A stretch of DNA of 64,000 nt from Blastocatellia bacterium (GCA_963765495.1 CAVXWP010000007.1:320001-384000), one strand, 5' to 3'. Shown: positions 39,363 to 49,668, counted from the first letter of the stretch. The notes: generated by a model from the sequence alone, not told the origin. Numbers and translations: made by a program.

Positions 39363-40727
39363 TTGATGACTGCAACCACTAAAAGAATAGATGACAAAGA
39401 CAGGCTTGCCTCTATGCTCGAAGAGAACAGCGAGAAGCTGTTGACTTGCGTTCACTGCGGATTGTGTCTGCCTTCTTGTCCTACCTATCGCGAACTCGGC
39501 AACGAAAACGACTCGCCGCGTGGCCGGGTTTATCTGATGCGCGGGCTTGTAGAAGGCAAACTCCAGATGGGCGATGCGTTTATCTCGCACATAGACCTGT
39601 GCCTCGGTTGCCGGGCCTGCGAAACCGTATGTCCTTCCGGCGTTCCCTACGGTCATCTGCTTGAGGCGGCGCGCGTTGAGGTAGCCCGCGCCAAACGAGA
39701 GCGCCCTTCAATCAAAGAACGGGCCACAGAACGGGCAGCGAGCTTTATTTTGAATCGGATTTTCACAAGCCCACGCCTGCTTGGCGCGTTGATGAGCTTA
39801 GCCAGATCAGTGAGAGACACAGGGTTTGCGCGGCTCGCCTTTGATAATAATCTTGTGAGCGGAAGGCTCAGGCTCGCGCTCGCGCTTCTTCTTGCCAGCA
39901 GATCTCCGTTTGGGAACCGACAGGCGAGTGAACAGCGAATCGTCGAATCTGAAGCGGCAGCCGAAGGCACGCGAGTCGCGCTCTTGCGCGGCTGCGTTAT
40001 GGAAGGGCTGTTTCGAGAGGTCAATCGTGCTACCGAGCGGGTGCTTTCTCGCCAGGGGTGTGAACTCGTAGAGGCGGGCGGCCAGATGTGCTGCGGCGCG
40101 CTCCACGCTCACGCGGGCCAGATTGAGACGGCGAGGGAACTGGCCAGGAACAACATCAGGGCGTTTGCTGAAAGCGGATGCGAATTTGTGATAGTCAACT
40201 CGGCCGGATGCGGCGCGGCCATGAAGGAGTATGACGCGCTGCTTGCCGATGATCCTGAATATGCCGGTCAGGCGAAAGAGTTTGTCTCGAAGGTAAAGGA
40301 TGTTTCGGAATTTCTGATCAATCGCGGTCTCGCGGCCCCACAACACGGAATAAAACGGCGGATTACTTATGACGCGCCGTGTCACCTGATACACGCGCAG
40401 CGAATTGCCGAGGCCCCCGTTGATGTATTAGAGGCGATCCCCGGTCTGAGCATTATTGCGCTCAAGGGCGCGGAGAACTGTTGTGGCGGGGCCGGGATTT
40501 ACAACCTGCAACACACGGAGTTGAGCGCAAAGATACTGTCGGATAAGATCGGAAATATACGGGCAAGCGGCGCTCAAACGGTTGCGACAGCCAATCCCGG
40601 ATGTATAATGCAAATTGGCGCGGGAGCGTTGCTTGCCGGGCTGGATGTGGAGGTTGTTCATCCAATCGAATTGCTCGACGCCGCTTACGGCGAGAGTAAG
40701 GAAGGGCAGGAACTTTCTAAATCCTGA
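39363..40727 (+). CDS. glcF: Glycolate oxidase iron-sulfur subunit
   Basis: CVHCGLCLPSCPTY..DSPRGR, CLGCRACETVCPSGV, CCG domains, NPGC. Confidence 0.88.
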   Translation: MMTATTKRIDDKDRLASMLEENSEKLLTCVHCGLCLPSCPTYRELGNENDSPRGRVYLMRGLVEGKLQMGDAFISHIDLCLGCRACETVCPSGVPYGHLLEAARVEVARAKRERPSIKERATERAASFILNRIFTSPRLLGALMSLARSVRDTGFARLAFDNNLVSGRLRLALALLLASRSPFGNRQASEQRIVESEAAAEGTRVALLRGCVMEGLFREVNRATERVLSRQGCELVEAGGQMCCGALHAHAGQIETARELARNNIRAFAESGCEFVIVNSAGCGAAMKEYDALLADDPEYAGQAKEFVSKVKDVSEFLINRGLAAPQHGIKRRITYDAPCHLIHAQRIAEAPVDVLEAIPGLSIIALKGAENCCGGAGIYNLQHTELSAKILSDKIGNIRASGAQTVATANPGCIMQIGAGALLAGLDVEVVHPIELLDAAYGESKEGQELSKS

Positions 40728-40766
40728 GTTTTGGAGCTAGATCGCGGGGTGAATGAATCACGATTC

Positions 40767-41210
40767 ATGCGAACAAGGGTTGCGATTCGATTTTTTTTCA
40801 TTTTAGCGGCAACGCTCACTCCGAGCGTTCGGGTCACGGGGCGTAGCCTCCAATCAGACGAATACGGGCCCGAGGTAAAATCCTTCCTCGAATACCTGCA
40901 TCACGAAGATATAGAACTGGAATTTCAGATACAGCGCAACGAGATTACGCGCCAGGGTTACAATCGCGCGAAAAACAAGATAATCATCCTCCGGCAGACC
41001 GTTCTCGGTATAGTCAAACAGACGGGGCAGGATGTTGTGCCTGAATTACACGTGGTCGCCTCCGACGAGCTTTATCAACTGATCGGAGACGAAGCTTCGG
41101 CGCTCAAGAGTGTGAAGAAGGGAGAGATCGTGCACGAACGTTGGCGCTTGATAGGCAAGGTAAGTCGCGGAGAGGTCTATTATATCTTCGAGCGCCTGCC
41201 CCGAAGCTGA
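40767..41210 (+). CDS. Hypothetical secreted protein
   Basis: Signal-peptide-like N terminus; no family recognised. Confidence 0.55.
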   Translation: MRTRVAIRFFFILAATLTPSVRVTGRSLQSDEYGPEVKSFLEYLHHEDIELEFQIQRNEITRQGYNRAKNKIIILRQTVLGIVKQTGQDVVPELHVVASDELYQLIGDEASALKSVKKGEIVHERWRLIGKVSRGEVYYIFERLPRS

Positions 41211-41212
41211 CG

Positions 41213-41471
41213 CGGGGCCGGGGGCCAGGGGTCAGGGGCCGGGGTGTCGGGTTCATATCCGCGAAAATCCGCCCGATCCGCGTCATCCGCGGCCTATTTC
41301 AAGTATTCTAACCTGCATGTTGAAAATCTTTATGATTCTACGAATTCGATTGCCAAACGTCATCATCTGAAAAGATTTGATATTACTGATTAAACCGATT
41401 AATAAGTTTCGCTTTTATCAGGCTCTTTCTCAACTCAACCCCGCCCCCTGACCCCTGGCCCCCGGCCCCCG
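41213..41471. repeat. Heptamer-arm element (GGGG(C/T)C(A/G)) enclosing an ATCCGC-type half element
   Basis: Left arm 41213-41252, right arm 41438-41471, inner atccgcg..ggcctatttc at 41257-41300. Confidence 0.8.
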
Positions 41472-41630
41472 ATTGACTCAACTGTTGACATTCAGCCGAT
41501 AGATTGTAATATCGAAGCAGGTTTGCTGGACCCCCTCCGAGCAGTGACTAATCGGATTGCCCCTTTATCGCTGACCTCAATAATCATTTAATAAGGGGCT
41601 GGCCAAACGCCCTCCCAGGAATTTCTCGCA

Positions 41631-42785
41631 ATGTCTACGATAAACTTCTCGCAGGTTATACAGCAGATGCTGGCCGTATCAGACAAGATTTCCGATCTCA
41701 TATTTTCGCCCGGACGTCCGCCTCAGGTAGAGTTGATCGGCAAGCTTACTCCGGTCAAGGTGGACGGTATGGAGATGCTCACGCCCGCGCACACGGCAGG
41801 CGTGGCAAAAGCATTGATAGGCAATAACAAGAATGCCGAAGAGTCTCTGGAAAAACACGGCTCGGCTGATCTCTCTTTCAGTCTGCCGGGCATGTCGCGG
41901 TTCCGCGTAAACATATTCAAACAGCGTGGAACTCACGCCATAGTAATGAGAGTCGTGCCCGACAAGATACCTTCCTTCGAGGATCTGCTTCTGCCGAAGC
42001 AGTTGAAAGACATTGCCGAATTGAAAAACGGCATCGTGCTGGTCACGGGGCCTACGGGATCGGGTAAATCTTCTACGCTTGCGGCAATAATTGACCTGAT
42101 CAACCAGACCAAGTATTACCACATAGTTACTATCGAAGACCCTGTGGAATTTATGCATCGCCACAAGAACTGCACGGTGCATCAGAGGGAGTTGCACTCC
42201 GATACATCGAGTTTCGCCTACGCGCTGAGAGCGGCGCTGCGCCAGGCACCGAAGGTGATACTGGTCGGAGAGATACGTGACCTCGAAACCGTTGAGGTGG
42301 CGCTCGAAGCCTCAGAGACCGGCCACCTCGTGCTCTCGACCCTGCACACGACCGATGCCGTCAAGACCGTCGAGCGATTGATAGGACTCTTTCCAAAGAG
42401 CCAGGAGCATATAATCAGATTGCGGCTCTCGGGCGCTTTCAGGTTTATCGTCTCGCAGCGGCTTATGCCGCGCGCAGATAGTCAGGGCCGCGTCGCCGCT
42501 ATTGAAATCCTCCGGTCAACGGCGCGAACTCGCGATTATATTGAGAAAGGCGAGCGCGAAGGGAAGTCGCTATATGATGCCATGCGAGACGGCAATCTGG
42601 ACGGAATGCAGGTTTTTGATGCGGAGATAGAACGAATGATTCGCACAGGCATGATCACAATGCAAGACGGACTTGCCTATGCAACCAATCGCCAGAATCT
42701 TATGCTTCAGCTCTCGGATGTCGGCGGCAGCTCGATTGGTGAGATGCTGGGAATGAAAGGCAATACTTCTGATCTTATTAGCTGA
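41631..42785 (+). CDS. pilT: Type IV pilus retraction ATPase
   Basis: VTGPTGSGKSSTL, TIEDPVE, ALRQAPKVILVGEIRD, TGHLVLSTLHT. Confidence 0.92.
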   Translation: MSTINFSQVIQQMLAVSDKISDLIFSPGRPPQVELIGKLTPVKVDGMEMLTPAHTAGVAKALIGNNKNAEESLEKHGSADLSFSLPGMSRFRVNIFKQRGTHAIVMRVVPDKIPSFEDLLLPKQLKDIAELKNGIVLVTGPTGSGKSSTLAAIIDLINQTKYYHIVTIEDPVEFMHRHKNCTVHQRELHSDTSSFAYALRAALRQAPKVILVGEIRDLETVEVALEASETGHLVLSTLHTTDAVKTVERLIGLFPKSQEHIIRLRLSGAFRFIVSQRLMPRADSQGRVAAIEILRSTARTRDYIEKGEREGKSLYDAMRDGNLDGMQVFDAEIERMIRTGMITMQDGLAYATNRQNLMLQLSDVGGSSIGEMLGMKGNTSDLIS

Positions 42786-42804
42786 GATACCCGGATACCT
42801 CGCT

Positions 42805-42928
42805 ATGATGCGTGATGCGTGATGCGTGATGCGTGATTCGTAATCGGTGGTTTTTGTGTAGCCCGCCTGTAGACGACAATTTTTGAGCCTGGTTAATCAC
42901 GCGTCACGCATCACGCGTCACGCATCAC
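42805..42928. repeat. Heptamer-arm hairpin (GTGATGC type)
   Basis: (tgatgcg)x4 tgattcg ... atcacgcgtcacgcatcacgcgtcacgcatcac. Confidence 0.9.
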
Positions 42929-42994
42929 TCCATACCTTTTATTCAAGTTCACTTGTGCCGAAGTCTTGCGGTATGATTTAGGCTTACAGGGATT

Positions 42995-43660
42995 ATGCGA
43001 CCGACAATCATTTCCATATCGGGCCTATCCTCAAACGTCGGCAAGACCACGCTTCTTTGCAATCTGTTGAAATGCTTGCCAGGGGCAGAGGCGATAAAGG
43101 TCTCGCGGGGGCATTACCGTTCGTGCGGCAAGAACCCGGAAGCCTGCTGCATCAGCCCTATGCTTGGCGAAAATCCCCTGGTCCTCAGCGGGTCTGCTGA
43201 GACCTGCGTGCCTGGAAAGGACACCGGGCGATACTGGCAGGCAGGGGCCACAGGAGTCCACTGGGTCATCTGCACAAGCGAGCAGGTCGAGGAGGGGGTT
43301 GGCATCGCCTTGAGCCGCACGCGGAGCTCTCACGTTTTTATCGAAGGGACCAGCTTTCTGAAATTCATCCCGGCCGATTATTCGATCATGGTCGCATGTC
43401 TCTCTATGACCGAGATCAAATCATCTGCCGCGCGGGTTATGAACAAGATGGATGCTGTATTTGTGAGCGGGTCTGATCGCGGCCCTGGCGTATTTGAAGA
43501 ACTGCAAAGCCGCGTGAGTAAGCGAGGTTATACTTTGCCGTCGGTGCCTCTATTTTTCGAAAGTAACCTGAACCACCTGGCTGACGAGATCAAACGTATC
43601 CACAAAGGGCGGTTATCGGCAATTTCCTGCGAATCGGCGCAACCCACCTTTTTAGTGTAG
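42995..43660 (+). CDS. MobB-like P-loop NTPase
   Basis: SGLSSNVGKTTL, GKDTGRYWQAGA, FIEGTS. Confidence 0.65.
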   Translation: MRPTIISISGLSSNVGKTTLLCNLLKCLPGAEAIKVSRGHYRSCGKNPEACCISPMLGENPLVLSGSAETCVPGKDTGRYWQAGATGVHWVICTSEQVEEGVGIALSRTRSSHVFIEGTSFLKFIPADYSIMVACLSMTEIKSSAARVMNKMDAVFVSGSDRGPGVFEELQSRVSKRGYTLPSVPLFFESNLNHLADEIKRIHKGRLSAISCESAQPTFLV

Positions 43661-43692
43661 TGCGAGCGAACCTTTTTCTGTTCTCGATCAGC

Positions 43693-43998
43693 TTATTGAT
43701 TGAGGAGCGACAGCAAATCGCTTTCAATCTGCTGATCGGTTAATTCCTGCTCGATATAGAGGTTAAACCGTCCCGCTGCAAGCAAGCTGATGAATACTTC
43801 CTGGGTGAGTTGATCGAAATCAACCTGAAGGTCCGGGGTCGCCGAACGGATAAAGGTGAAGAGCCTCTGCCATAAGGCTTCCGCATCTTCAGCGATTAAC
43901 AATTCTCGCCAGCCTCGTGCGTGTCCCGGGGCCTGTTTGGGGGACACTCGCTCACGGCTGACGCGCCGGGCAACGTATGTGAGGGCTTCGGTTGCCAT
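43693..43998 (-). CDS. Small hypothetical protein (resembles an ECF sigma region-2 fragment)
   Basis: AGGAG RBS; LFTFIR..FDQLTQEVFISL. Confidence 0.5.
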   Translation of the reverse strand: MATEALTYVARRVSRERVSPKQAPGHARGWRELLIAEDAEALWQRLFTFIRSATPDLQVDFDQLTQEVFISLLAAGRFNLYIEQELTDQQIESDLLSLLNQ

Positions 43999-44230
43999 TG
44001 CGCCACTCCTATTGAAAATGATTAAGTCTCGCCTATAATTAAGACGGAATGAAAGGTTTCCGTAATTGATTGATTGTCCATCCGCCCTTGGAGCAATGGA
44101 AGAATATCGTAACCTCGATTTTTATTCAAGAGGCATTTGGCAGACCCTGATCAATTTTATTCAAGCATCAAGGAAGAAGCAGGCGATTTAATATTTTAAT
44201 CCAACGGGGCAAGAAACCGAGGACCATTGC

Positions 44231-44599
44231 ATGACTTATACGTCCGGCATCTTAAACTACAAAACAAGTTATTTGGATCGGAGGACGAGCGTGCTTGAAC
44301 GCAGAAGAGTACGAAGGTTCAAAGTCGAATGGGATGTAACCGTAAAGGGTCAGGACATAACAGGTGCATCCCTGGATGAAGTGGGAAGGCTGGAAAACCT
44401 CAGTTCGGGAGGAGCTTTTTTATATCTCACAAAGTGCGTAAAGGTCGGCACTCAACTGGATGTCTGGATCAAGGTTCCTTTCAAGAGAGAGAACTGGATG
44501 AAATATTCAGCCGAAGTGGTAAGGGTAGAAAGTTTACCACAGAACTTCGGCGTGGCTATGAAGTTCGACTCTGCCCGGCCAGCATTCGTTGTTAAGTAG
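44231..44599 (+). CDS. PilZ-domain protein
   Basis: ERRRVRRF (RxxxR), NLSSGGA, AEVVRVE, GVAMKF. Confidence 0.85.
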   Translation: MTYTSGILNYKTSYLDRRTSVLERRRVRRFKVEWDVTVKGQDITGASLDEVGRLENLSSGGAFLYLTKCVKVGTQLDVWIKVPFKRENWMKYSAEVVRVESLPQNFGVAMKFDSARPAFVVK

Positions 44600-44739
44600 T
44601 CTCCCTATCTCAGGTTAAGGGCGGGCATTCTATCGCCGCCAGTCGTTTTCTTACTTTATCAGTAATTCAAAGCTGTGATAGCAAGCAGTAAGCGTGAGCC
44701 GTCTCCGCGCCTGCTCCAAGTGTGTAACCGCAGGTCTGC

Positions 44740-45291
44740 TCAGGCAAAATGGGTATTTCGCGCCTGAAGCTGGCGGATGCGTTCTTTCAATCGCTTCAGC
44801 ACATCTGCCTTTTCATCTTTCGAGGCCGTCTGGCGAAGCTCTTCAACAAGCTCGTCTATCTCTATGGCGAGCACGCGGCTCTTATCTTCGGGTTGTTCGA
44901 CCGCGCTGTCTGTCTGAAACGCCGATAATCTGCCGAAGAACTGTTCGAGGGCTGCCCAGAAACTCTCGATGTGGATAGGCTTTTCAAGACAGCAATTTGC
45001 TCCGGCCGATTCGGCCTCTACCAGCATCATAGGCCCGCACCCGCTGATGACTATAATGGGCGTGGATTTTATCGGATCATCGCCTCTCACGCTTGTGATG
45101 AAATGTAGACCGCTCTTTCCGGGCAGAACTATATCGGTAATTATGAGGTCGGGCTTTATCCGGCGGGCCATTTCAAACGCCAGCTCCGCGTTCGATGCTG
45201 TGTTGACGGTGTAACCCTTGAGTCGCAGCAACTCGGCCATCGGCTGCTGAGTATCAAAATCATCCTCGACCACCAGCACAGTTTTCGGCAT
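44740..45291 (-). CDS. Response regulator receiver with a C-terminal helical extension
   Basis: VLVVEDD, ITDIVLPGKSG, ISG, EKP. Confidence 0.85.
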   Translation of the reverse strand: MPKTVLVVEDDFDTQQPMAELLRLKGYTVNTASNAELAFEMARRIKPDLIITDIVLPGKSGLHFITSVRGDDPIKSTPIIVISGCGPMMLVEAESAGANCCLEKPIHIESFWAALEQFFGRLSAFQTDSAVEQPEDKSRVLAIEIDELVEELRQTASKDEKADVLKRLKERIRQLQARNTHFA

Positions 45292-45514
45292 AAAAATATC
45301 CTCGATGAATATGGTCCTGCAGAGGGAAGAGAAAACGGAGTCTGTCGGGCACGTGCGTGGGTGAGGTGCGATCACGTACTCGAAGTCAATCTTAGCTTCA
45401 GGCGCTCATAAGCGCAATGATTACTTTGACATCTGCCGATCGTATCACGGCTTCGTTGACAGCCCTTGTGCGACTTTCGTAAACTCAAGAGCAGCCGAGA
45501 ACGGGGGGCCGAAT

Positions 45515-46129
45515 TTGATCGCGCAACTATCAGGCAAGTTAATTCACAAACAACCGAATAGTATAATCCTGGACGTGGGCGGGGTCGGTTATGACGTGAC
45601 GATACCGCTTTCCACGTTTTATGAGCTTGGCGATATCGGCACAGATGCATCGCTAAAGATTCACACGCACGTCAGGGAAGACCTCATACAATTGTTCGGA
45701 TTCTGGACGCTGCGCGAAAAGGAACTCTTTCTGCGGCTTACGAGCGTGAGCGGCATCGGGCCAAAGCTTGCAATCACGATGCTATCGGGGATGCCCGCGC
45801 CCGAGCTTATCCCTGCCATCAGGACTAACGATCTTGGAAGACTGACGGCAATACCGGGCGTGGGTCGCAAGACCGCAGAGCGCGTAGTCGTGGAGCTTCG
45901 CGATAAGCTCGCGGCATTATCGAGCGAAGAAGCCGATGTAGAATTTACCGCCGCAAGCCGGGCTGGCACAACCGAAACCGACATCAGAGACGACACGATT
46001 GCCGCGCTGATCGCGCTCGGCTACCCGCGCCCCGTGGCTGAAAAGGCTGTCACGACGGCCTTGCGCGAAGACGGAGGCCGGGCAATAGAGGATGTATTGA
46101 AGAGATCACTCAAGCGGCTTTCGCGTTAA
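45515..46129 (+). CDS. ruvA: Holliday junction branch migration protein RuvA
   Basis: MIAQLSGKL, GGVGY, HVRED..LFGF, VSGIGPK, IPGVGRKTAER..ELRDK, ALIALGY. Confidence 0.95.
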   Translation: MIAQLSGKLIHKQPNSIILDVGGVGYDVTIPLSTFYELGDIGTDASLKIHTHVREDLIQLFGFWTLREKELFLRLTSVSGIGPKLAITMLSGMPAPELIPAIRTNDLGRLTAIPGVGRKTAERVVVELRDKLAALSSEEADVEFTAASRAGTTETDIRDDTIAALIALGYPRPVAEKAVTTALREDGGRAIEDVLKRSLKRLSR

Positions 46130-46331
46130 GCAAAAAAACAAAAACTGTAAATCAATCAATTTACAGGGCTAACATTTTTGCAATAATTTTTTGATCGAAA
46201 AATGGTCTGCCGGGGCAGGTTTATCATTGCTTTTTTAGATGTGCTTCCATATAATCGGGCGGCATTAAGAGGTCACAACGATCAAGCCCCGCAGTAAAAG
46301 TAGTAATCTGGGCAGAACAGGAATGTGGTAG

Positions 46332-47069
46332 ATGCTGGCTGAATCTGCAAATGTCAATCCTATGTCGTGTGCCGTGTGTGGAGGCACCGGATGGGAGTTT
46401 GTAGAAGGCAGAGGCGTCCGCCAGTGTGAATGTAAGCGAACCGCTCGCGCCGATCTCTTAATCTCTCAGGCCAGAATACCCACAAGATTTCTTTCGTGCA
46501 GCTTTGAAAACTTCAACCCCGTGTGCCCGTCATTGCATCGCGCGTTGATGAACACGCGCAAGTTTGTCGAAGAGTACCCTCTGGTTGAAGTTGGTCTGCT
46601 CTTTTTAGGCAGTTGCGGAGTAGGGAAGACTCATCTGGCCGTTGCGGCTCTCAAAGAGATCATCAAGAAGGGCATACCGGGTCTCTTTTATGATTTCCGC
46701 GATCTGCTCAAAGAGATTCAGGACAGCTATAACCCGACCACTCACACCTCGGAACTCAAGATACTCTCTCCGATATTTGAAGCCGACATCCTGATTCTGG
46801 ATGAACTCGGAGCAAGCAAGCCAACCGAGTGGGTGCAAGAGACAATCACCCACATTATCAACAAGCGCTATAACGAAAAGAAGGTCACAATCTTTACCTC
46901 CAACTATCTGGATATGCCTATCGGAACAGCCTATGACGAGACGCTCACCGAGCGCGTAGGCGTTCGCTTGCGTTCGCGGCTGCACGAGATGTGCAGGCTT
47001 GTGATGATCGAAGGCGACGATTACCGAAAGATAATCAAGGACAATCGCGGCACGCGCTTCTCTTCTTAA
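46332..47069 (+). CDS. DnaC/IstB-like AAA+ ATPase with N-terminal zinc motif
   Basis: [48 protein letters not shown]. Confidence 0.88.
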   Translation: MLAESANVNPMSCAVCGGTGWEFVEGRGVRQCECKRTARADLLISQARIPTRFLSCSFENFNPVCPSLHRALMNTRKFVEEYPLVEVGLLFLGSCGVGKTHLAVAALKEIIKKGIPGLFYDFRDLLKEIQDSYNPTTHTSELKILSPIFEADILILDELGASKPTEWVQETITHIINKRYNEKKVTIFTSNYLDMPIGTAYDETLTERVGVRLRSRLHEMCRLVMIEGDDYRKIIKDNRGTRFSS

Positions 47070-47095
47070 TATTTCCAACAAACAACGCAAAAGAG

Positions 47096-47155
47096 GCCAC
47101 GAATTTACACGAATCATCACGAAATATTCGTGTTTATTTGTGTGAATTCGTGGCT
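47096..47155. repeat. CACGAAT-type 10-nt-unit hairpin between convergent genes
   Basis: gccacgaatttacacgaatcatcacgaaatattcgtgtttatttgtgtgaattcgtggc. Confidence 0.8.
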
Positions 47156-47166
47156 AAATCCAATTG

Positions 47167-47946
47167 CTATTTGCCCTTGAAGTCCGCCTTGCGTTTTTCG
47201 ATGAATGCGCGAACGCCTTCTTCTTTGTCTTCGCTCGAAAAACAGAGCGCGAAAAGATCGACCTCGGCGTCAAGCCCTTCCTTCATGTTCAATCGAGCGG
47301 CGTTCTTGACGGATGCTTTAGCCATGGCGAGCGCTACGGGGCTCATCTCGGCAATCTTTTCAGCCATCTCCATAGTCTTCGCCTCAAGTTCTTCGGGCGC
47401 AACAACGTAATTTACCAGGCCGAGCCGTTCGGCTTCCTCGGCTGAAATCATATCGCCTGTCAAGATCAGCTCCATCGCTTTGCCTTCGCCGATGAGTCGC
47501 GTCATGCGCTGAGTGCCGCCGCCGCCGGGAATTATTCCCAGCTTGATTTCAGGCTGGCCGAGCCTCGCTTTAGATGAAGCGATGCGGATGTCGCAGGCAA
47601 GGGCCAGTTCGCACCCGCCCCCGAGCGCGAATCCGTTTATCATGGCGATGACGGGTTTGGGAAAATCTTCTACCGCGTCAAAAGCCCGGCGACCTTTCAT
47701 AACCGCGCGCTGTTTTATCGCAGTCATCCCCGCGAACTCATTTATGTCTGCGCCCGCGATAAATGCCTTTTCGCCCGCGCCTGTGATGATGACGACTCGC
47801 ACTTCATCATCGCGCTCAAGCTCGTCGAAGGCGGTCAGTATCTCTTCACGCGTGCGAATGTTCAGCGCGTTCAACTTGTCGGGACGGTTTATGGTCACTA
47901 TGGCCACGCGGCCACGCCTTTCAATCAAAACATTTTCTAATGCCAT
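47167..47946 (-). CDS. Enoyl-CoA hydratase (crotonase)
   Basis: AFIAGADI, ALGGGCEL, QPEIKLGIIPGGGGTQR (both catalytic Glu present). Confidence 0.92.
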   Translation of the reverse strand: MALENVLIERRGRVAIVTINRPDKLNALNIRTREEILTAFDELERDDEVRVVIITGAGEKAFIAGADINEFAGMTAIKQRAVMKGRRAFDAVEDFPKPVIAMINGFALGGGCELALACDIRIASSKARLGQPEIKLGIIPGGGGTQRMTRLIGEGKAMELILTGDMISAEEAERLGLVNYVVAPEELEAKTMEMAEKIAEMSPVALAMAKASVKNAARLNMKEGLDAEVDLFALCFSSEDKEEGVRAFIEKRKADFKGK

Positions 47947-47967
47947 CTTCGCTCCTTCTGTGAAGTC

Positions 47968-48822
47968 TTATTCCCATTTATAAAAGCCTTCGCCCGATTT
48001 CTTGCCAAGCTTGCCTTCGGCAACTTTGCGTTTGAGCAAGTCGGGCGGGCGAAATACTTCCGAACCAAGTTTGTCGAAAAGGTATCGGGCTATGTTCAAT
48101 CGAATATCGAGCCCTACGAGATCGGTCAATCTGAGCGGTCCCATCGGGTGGTTGTAGCCAAGCGCCATCGCTTTGTCTATGTCTTCTGCGCTTGCTACGC
48201 CCTGTTCGAGCATGCGGATCGCTTCGAGCCCGAGCGCGACTCCGAGCCGACTCGTTGCAAACCCGGGCGCATCTTTTACCGTGATGGCTTCTTTGCCCAT
48301 GCGCGCCGCAACATCGAGAGCCGCAGTCAGAGTTTCCGAAGAAGTTTCTGGCCCGACCACTACCTCGATGAGCTTCATAATATGGACGGGATTGAAAAAG
48401 TGCATGCCGATCACTCGGTCTGCGCGCCTGCTCGCCGAAGCGATTGATTCTATGCTCAACGAAGAAGTGTTTGTAGCAAAGATAGCGGCAGGTTCACACA
48501 CGCGATCCAGATGCGCGAAGAGTTCGCGCTTGGCGTCGAGTTTTTCGATGATCGCTTCGATTACAAGGTCGGCCACGTCCGCCGCATCTTCGATGCTGGC
48601 CGTAGTCCGAATCCTCCCGAGCGCCGCCTGCATCTCTTCTTCTGTGACCTTGCCGCGCTCTATGCCTTTTTTCAGATTGGCTTCGATCTGAGCCTTCCCT
48701 CGCTCGACAAGCTCGGCGCTGATGTCGGTCAGCGCGACTTCAAAACCGGCCTGCGCCGCGACCTGCGCGATGCCGTGTCCCATTGTGCCTGCGCCTATCA
48801 CTGCTATCTCTTCAATCGCCAT
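47968..48822 (-). CDS. 3-hydroxyacyl-CoA dehydrogenase
   Basis: GAGTMGHGIA, ATNTSSL, GMHFFNP, HPMGPL..DLVGLD, GKKSGEGFY. Confidence 0.93.
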   Translation of the reverse strand: MAIEEIAVIGAGTMGHGIAQVAAQAGFEVALTDISAELVERGKAQIEANLKKGIERGKVTEEEMQAALGRIRTTASIEDAADVADLVIEAIIEKLDAKRELFAHLDRVCEPAAIFATNTSSLSIESIASASRRADRVIGMHFFNPVHIMKLIEVVVGPETSSETLTAALDVAARMGKEAITVKDAPGFATSRLGVALGLEAIRMLEQGVASAEDIDKAMALGYNHPMGPLRLTDLVGLDIRLNIARYLFDKLGSEVFRPPDLLKRKVAEGKLGKKSGEGFYKWE

Positions 48823-48834
48823 CTTTCAAACCTT

Positions 48835-49614
48835 TCAAAACCTTGGCTCTCGCTTTTCGATAAAGGCATTCAACCCTTCGGCGGAATCTTCAATCGCGAA
48901 ACAATCCTTCTGTGCGCGGGTTTCGTAATCAAGCATCTCATCGAAGCTCGTGTTCATGCTCTTGTAGATTGCCCGTTTTATCATCGCGAGGATTCGCGGC
49001 GAGTTTCTGATCAATCGCCGGACCATCTGATTCGTAGCTTCTTCGAGCAGGTCAGGCGGCACGACTACATTGACCAGTCCTAACCTCTGAGCATCGAAGG
49101 CGCTTATGACATCGCCGCTCATCATCATCTCGCAGGCGACGGCGGTCCCCGCCAGACGTGGAAGAAAGAACGTGCCGCCCCAATCCGGGTGCAGGCCCAG
49201 CCGGATAAAGGTCTCGCCGAAGCTCGCCTCTTCGCTGGCAACACGGATATCGCAGGCGAGGGCAAGGTTGATGCCGCCTCCGGCGGTCGGGCCGTTGATT
49301 GAAGCGATAACCGGCTTTGGCAACTGCCGTATCTTGCTGACCACGTTGCGGGCGGCCTCAAGCACGCGATCAAGCGATTCGCTGTCGCCCGTATTTCTTA
49401 CCTGCGCAAGAAAACGCACATCTGCGCCCGAGCAGAAACCTTTGCCCGCGCCCGTGATAACCACTGCGCGCGTATCGTCGTCCTCGCACTGACAGAGGGC
49501 TTCATAAATCTCTTCGCGCATCGAGCCGACGAAGGCATTCAATTTCTCAGGGCGATTGAGAGTGATTCGCGCAACCGCGTCTTTCTTTTCAAAGATGATA
49601 TTTTCAAAAGCCAT
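48835..49614 (-). CDS. Enoyl-CoA hydratase/isomerase (PaaG-like)
   Basis: GFCSGAD, RLGLHPDWGG. Confidence 0.9.
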   Translation of the reverse strand: MAFENIIFEKKDAVARITLNRPEKLNAFVGSMREEIYEALCQCEDDDTRAVVITGAGKGFCSGADVRFLAQVRNTGDSESLDRVLEAARNVVSKIRQLPKPVIASINGPTAGGGINLALACDIRVASEEASFGETFIRLGLHPDWGGTFFLPRLAGTAVACEMMMSGDVISAFDAQRLGLVNVVVPPDLLEEATNQMVRRLIRNSPRILAMIKRAIYKSMNTSFDEMLDYETRAQKDCFAIEDSAEGLNAFIEKREPRF

Positions 49615-49668
49615 TCATAAATCTCAAAACAACATGCTGGAAAACACGAACCATGCGCGTAAGCACGT

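Noticed and set aside
46332-47069. IS21 element
   Set aside because: No istA transposase and no obvious terminal inverted repeats.
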